Shown piece by piece: positions 61,754-64,000 of a DNA stretch of 64,000 nucleotides (position 1 is its first letter; each line of letters begins with the position of its first letter). The stretch spans positions 14,384,001-14,448,000 of the forward strand of contig OZ249440.1 in the NCBI GenBank assembly GCA_965235115.1. Direction: 5' to 3'. The notes under the pieces are model-generated. The model was not told the DNA's origin. It worked only from the letters and a program-made list of their open reading frames with translations, and made no database searches. The position numbers and the translations under genes were made by a program. Source of the DNA: Laetmonice hystrix (taxonomy: Eukaryota).

Positions 61754-62379
61754 ATAAGCCTATATTTTCTCTATGCATAATTAAGGTTTGGGGACATTTC
61801 TGATAACTGTCAATTCTTTTGGGGGGACAGGAAACACGCGTAAACTTACGTGGTAAACGGACCCTCCTCCTACAGTGAGAAAACCCACATGGAGGCCGCC
61901 ATGTTGGAAGTACCCGGTAGCTGCTGAAGCGACATCTATTGAGGGAGTGACGAGTTATTTTGTTGATTCTTGGGCAGCACGTGGTCATTGAACTGTGCAA
62001 TCGGTGAAATGATAGCTTCAGTCTATGCTTCAGCCAAAGGCCGGGCCTAGTAGTAGTAGCCTACCCGCTATGACCTGTCCTATGTGCCGGTAGGTAGTCC
62101 TATGTACCCTCTTAACCAATTTCTGTCACTATAGCCTTATCCCTATAAACCCCAGCCCTAACCCCCAATCACGGGTCACCGTGTAGACCGCCTATAGGCC
62201 TAACATACCCCTCCTCGACCTTAACCCTAACCCCTAGACCCGTCTACAGTAGGCCTAAACAAGTCTTGGGGAAGTTATGAGCAAATAACCTCTAACCGAC
62301 ATAAAGATTGTCGGAGGCAAATAGATGTTTCCTTACTTCTGCAGGCTATACTGGAAGTGCCTCCAGACGGCGCTGGTAA

Positions 62380-63284
62380 TACCCTAGTCACACTAGAGGC
62401 GGAATGAGCCAGAATGCTGTCGGAATGAAAATTCTTGGTATATTCCTGGATATTCGAAGTGCATTCTAAAAGTTCTGACTGCATTCCAAATATTCGGGCC
62501 CATTCTTGTGGCCGGCCCGAATGTTTTGCTCATGCTCAAAACTTTCGAGGTGCATTCGAAGGGGAAAAATATCGAACGGCATTCGAAGTGTATTCTAAAT
62601 GCACTCTGACTGCATTCTAAATATTCTTACGGCATTCCAACAGCATTCGAAACATTCTGATCGCATTCGAGGGAAAATCGAGATGGCAAGCCACTTCAAA
62701 TCTTGCCAGAATGTCCTGAATGCGCCTCGAATGAGCCGGAATGCACCTCGAATGCATCTCGATTGCTGTCGGAATCTATACTCGGACATTCGTGTTACAT
62801 TCTAAGTACATTCGAAGTGCATTCTAAGTTTTCGAGCTGCATTCTGTTTGAATTTTGGACGTTCGAACCATATTCGGCGGCCATTCCGGGAGCGTTCTGA
62901 CTGCATTCGAGGTGAATTCGTACAGCATTCGAGGCACCTTCCAACCAGACATCGGGCGGTATTTGGGCAGCAATCGAACCGCACTCGTACGGCATTCGAG
63001 GTGCATTCTAAATATTCTGACTGCATTCTAACAGCATTCTAAATATTCCTACTGTGTTCCAACTACATTCGAGCTGCATTCGAGCTAATACACCCGGAAT
63101 GTACAAGAATCATTCGAGGCGGGTTCGAAGCGCATTCTAAGTATTCGAACGCCATTCTTACAAAGCTGTAAGAATTTTAGTCACTTTGAAATTCCCTCCC
63201 GAATGTGGCGCGAATTTTGAAAATTTTTCATTCCGGCTGGTTCTGCTTGATTCCTGCTGATTCCGAATAAGTGTGACGGGGGTA
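62380..63284. mobile_element. Non-autonomous foldback DNA element (about 900 bp, Harbinger-like termini) packed with GCATTCGA/TCGAATGC motifs
   Basis: ATACCCTAGTCACACT pairs with AGTGTGACGGGGGTAT (2 mismatches), plus subterminal CGGAATGAAAA/TTTTCATTCCG. No clear TSD. Confidence 0.75.
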
Positions 63285-64000
63285 TCTCATAGGCCTAATG
63301 CTGAATGAATGCCACTTTCATTTTATTTATTAATCTCACTGCACTTGTTCTATGTACGAAATGCGTAGTAGTTTTAGCATAGTTGCCAATTAGGCCTACC
63401 CGGGAAAGGGAAAATACGGTCCTAGATCATGTTCTGGCCATGAGACGCTCCCGGAAAAGTTTCAAAACTTTAGGCCCTATAGGCCTAGTTCAAACCATGC
63501 ATGCATTCTCCTGCAATCCAGGATAAAAATCAATGTATCAAAATTTAGTCAAAAAGTTAAATTTTAAACATTTATTTAACAGCTTCAAGACTTCAGCTTC
63601 AGCAGGGTGGGGTCAAGGGTAAGGCGTTCGGTGTAATTATGCAGGCTAATTAGGCGGCCTACCGACAACTGCAAAAATATTGTGGCGCCCATCGATGGCC
63701 TGCCACTGCATGCGGGGGAGGGTCTGCCAGTAGGCAATCGTATAATAAATGGGGGTTTTGGGGAGTGATGTTGATTCCCAATGCTTCTCTTTGACCTCGT
63801 GTTCTGACTTCTAGTTGAAATGAATGTAGAATGGCAGCGAACACGAACGTCTATATTGCACGATGGCTCAAGGGGGGGGGGGGGTGCACTTTTTTCCACG
63901 TATAATATGGAAGATACTATTTATCATTCTACTTTACAGGAAACTGGCGGCTGGCAGGCCTACATAACTCCTTTATTAGCCACGAGTTAAAGATTATCAA

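Noticed and set aside
62275-63042. Cluster of overlapping short ORFs
   Set aside because: They lie in or at the edge of a non-coding foldback element of GCATTCGA repeats.

Overview
Eukaryotic (animal, probably lophotrochozoan/mollusc-like; inference) genomic DNA; no prokaryotic features. Six protein-coding loci are supported. (1) A beta-adrenergic-like octopamine receptor with an intronless CDS (-, 1278-2582). (2) A sialin-like SLC17 anion transporter (+, nine coding exons, 25266-35400). (3) Inside one of its introns, an antisense gene with an intronless 664-aa CDS for a secreted, probably GPI-anchored Cys-rich protein (-, 30146-32140). (4) A complete RMND5/GID2 gene (+, nine exons, 391 aa). 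(5) A complete RAB28 gene (+, six exons, 221 aa). (6) A spliced gene not visible as one ORF, encoding a DUF4806-like protein, a family usually linked to DNA transposons (-, 59128-61753). Non-coding DNA holds many MITEs (Harbinger-, hAT- and pogo-like), a tRNA-derived SINE with a 12-bp target-site duplication (TSD), a deleted pogo element that keeps a decayed PHD finger, and several minisatellites. Most notable: the apparently intact, host-like DUF4806 gene; the nested antisense gene; minisatellites anchored on splice donors; an A-X-A templated-insertion scar at 12400-13391; and a CpG-rich/CpG-poor mosaic in which the palindrome TAGGCCTA clusters only in CpG-rich domains. All coordinates, alignments and family assignments were made by eye, without database searches.
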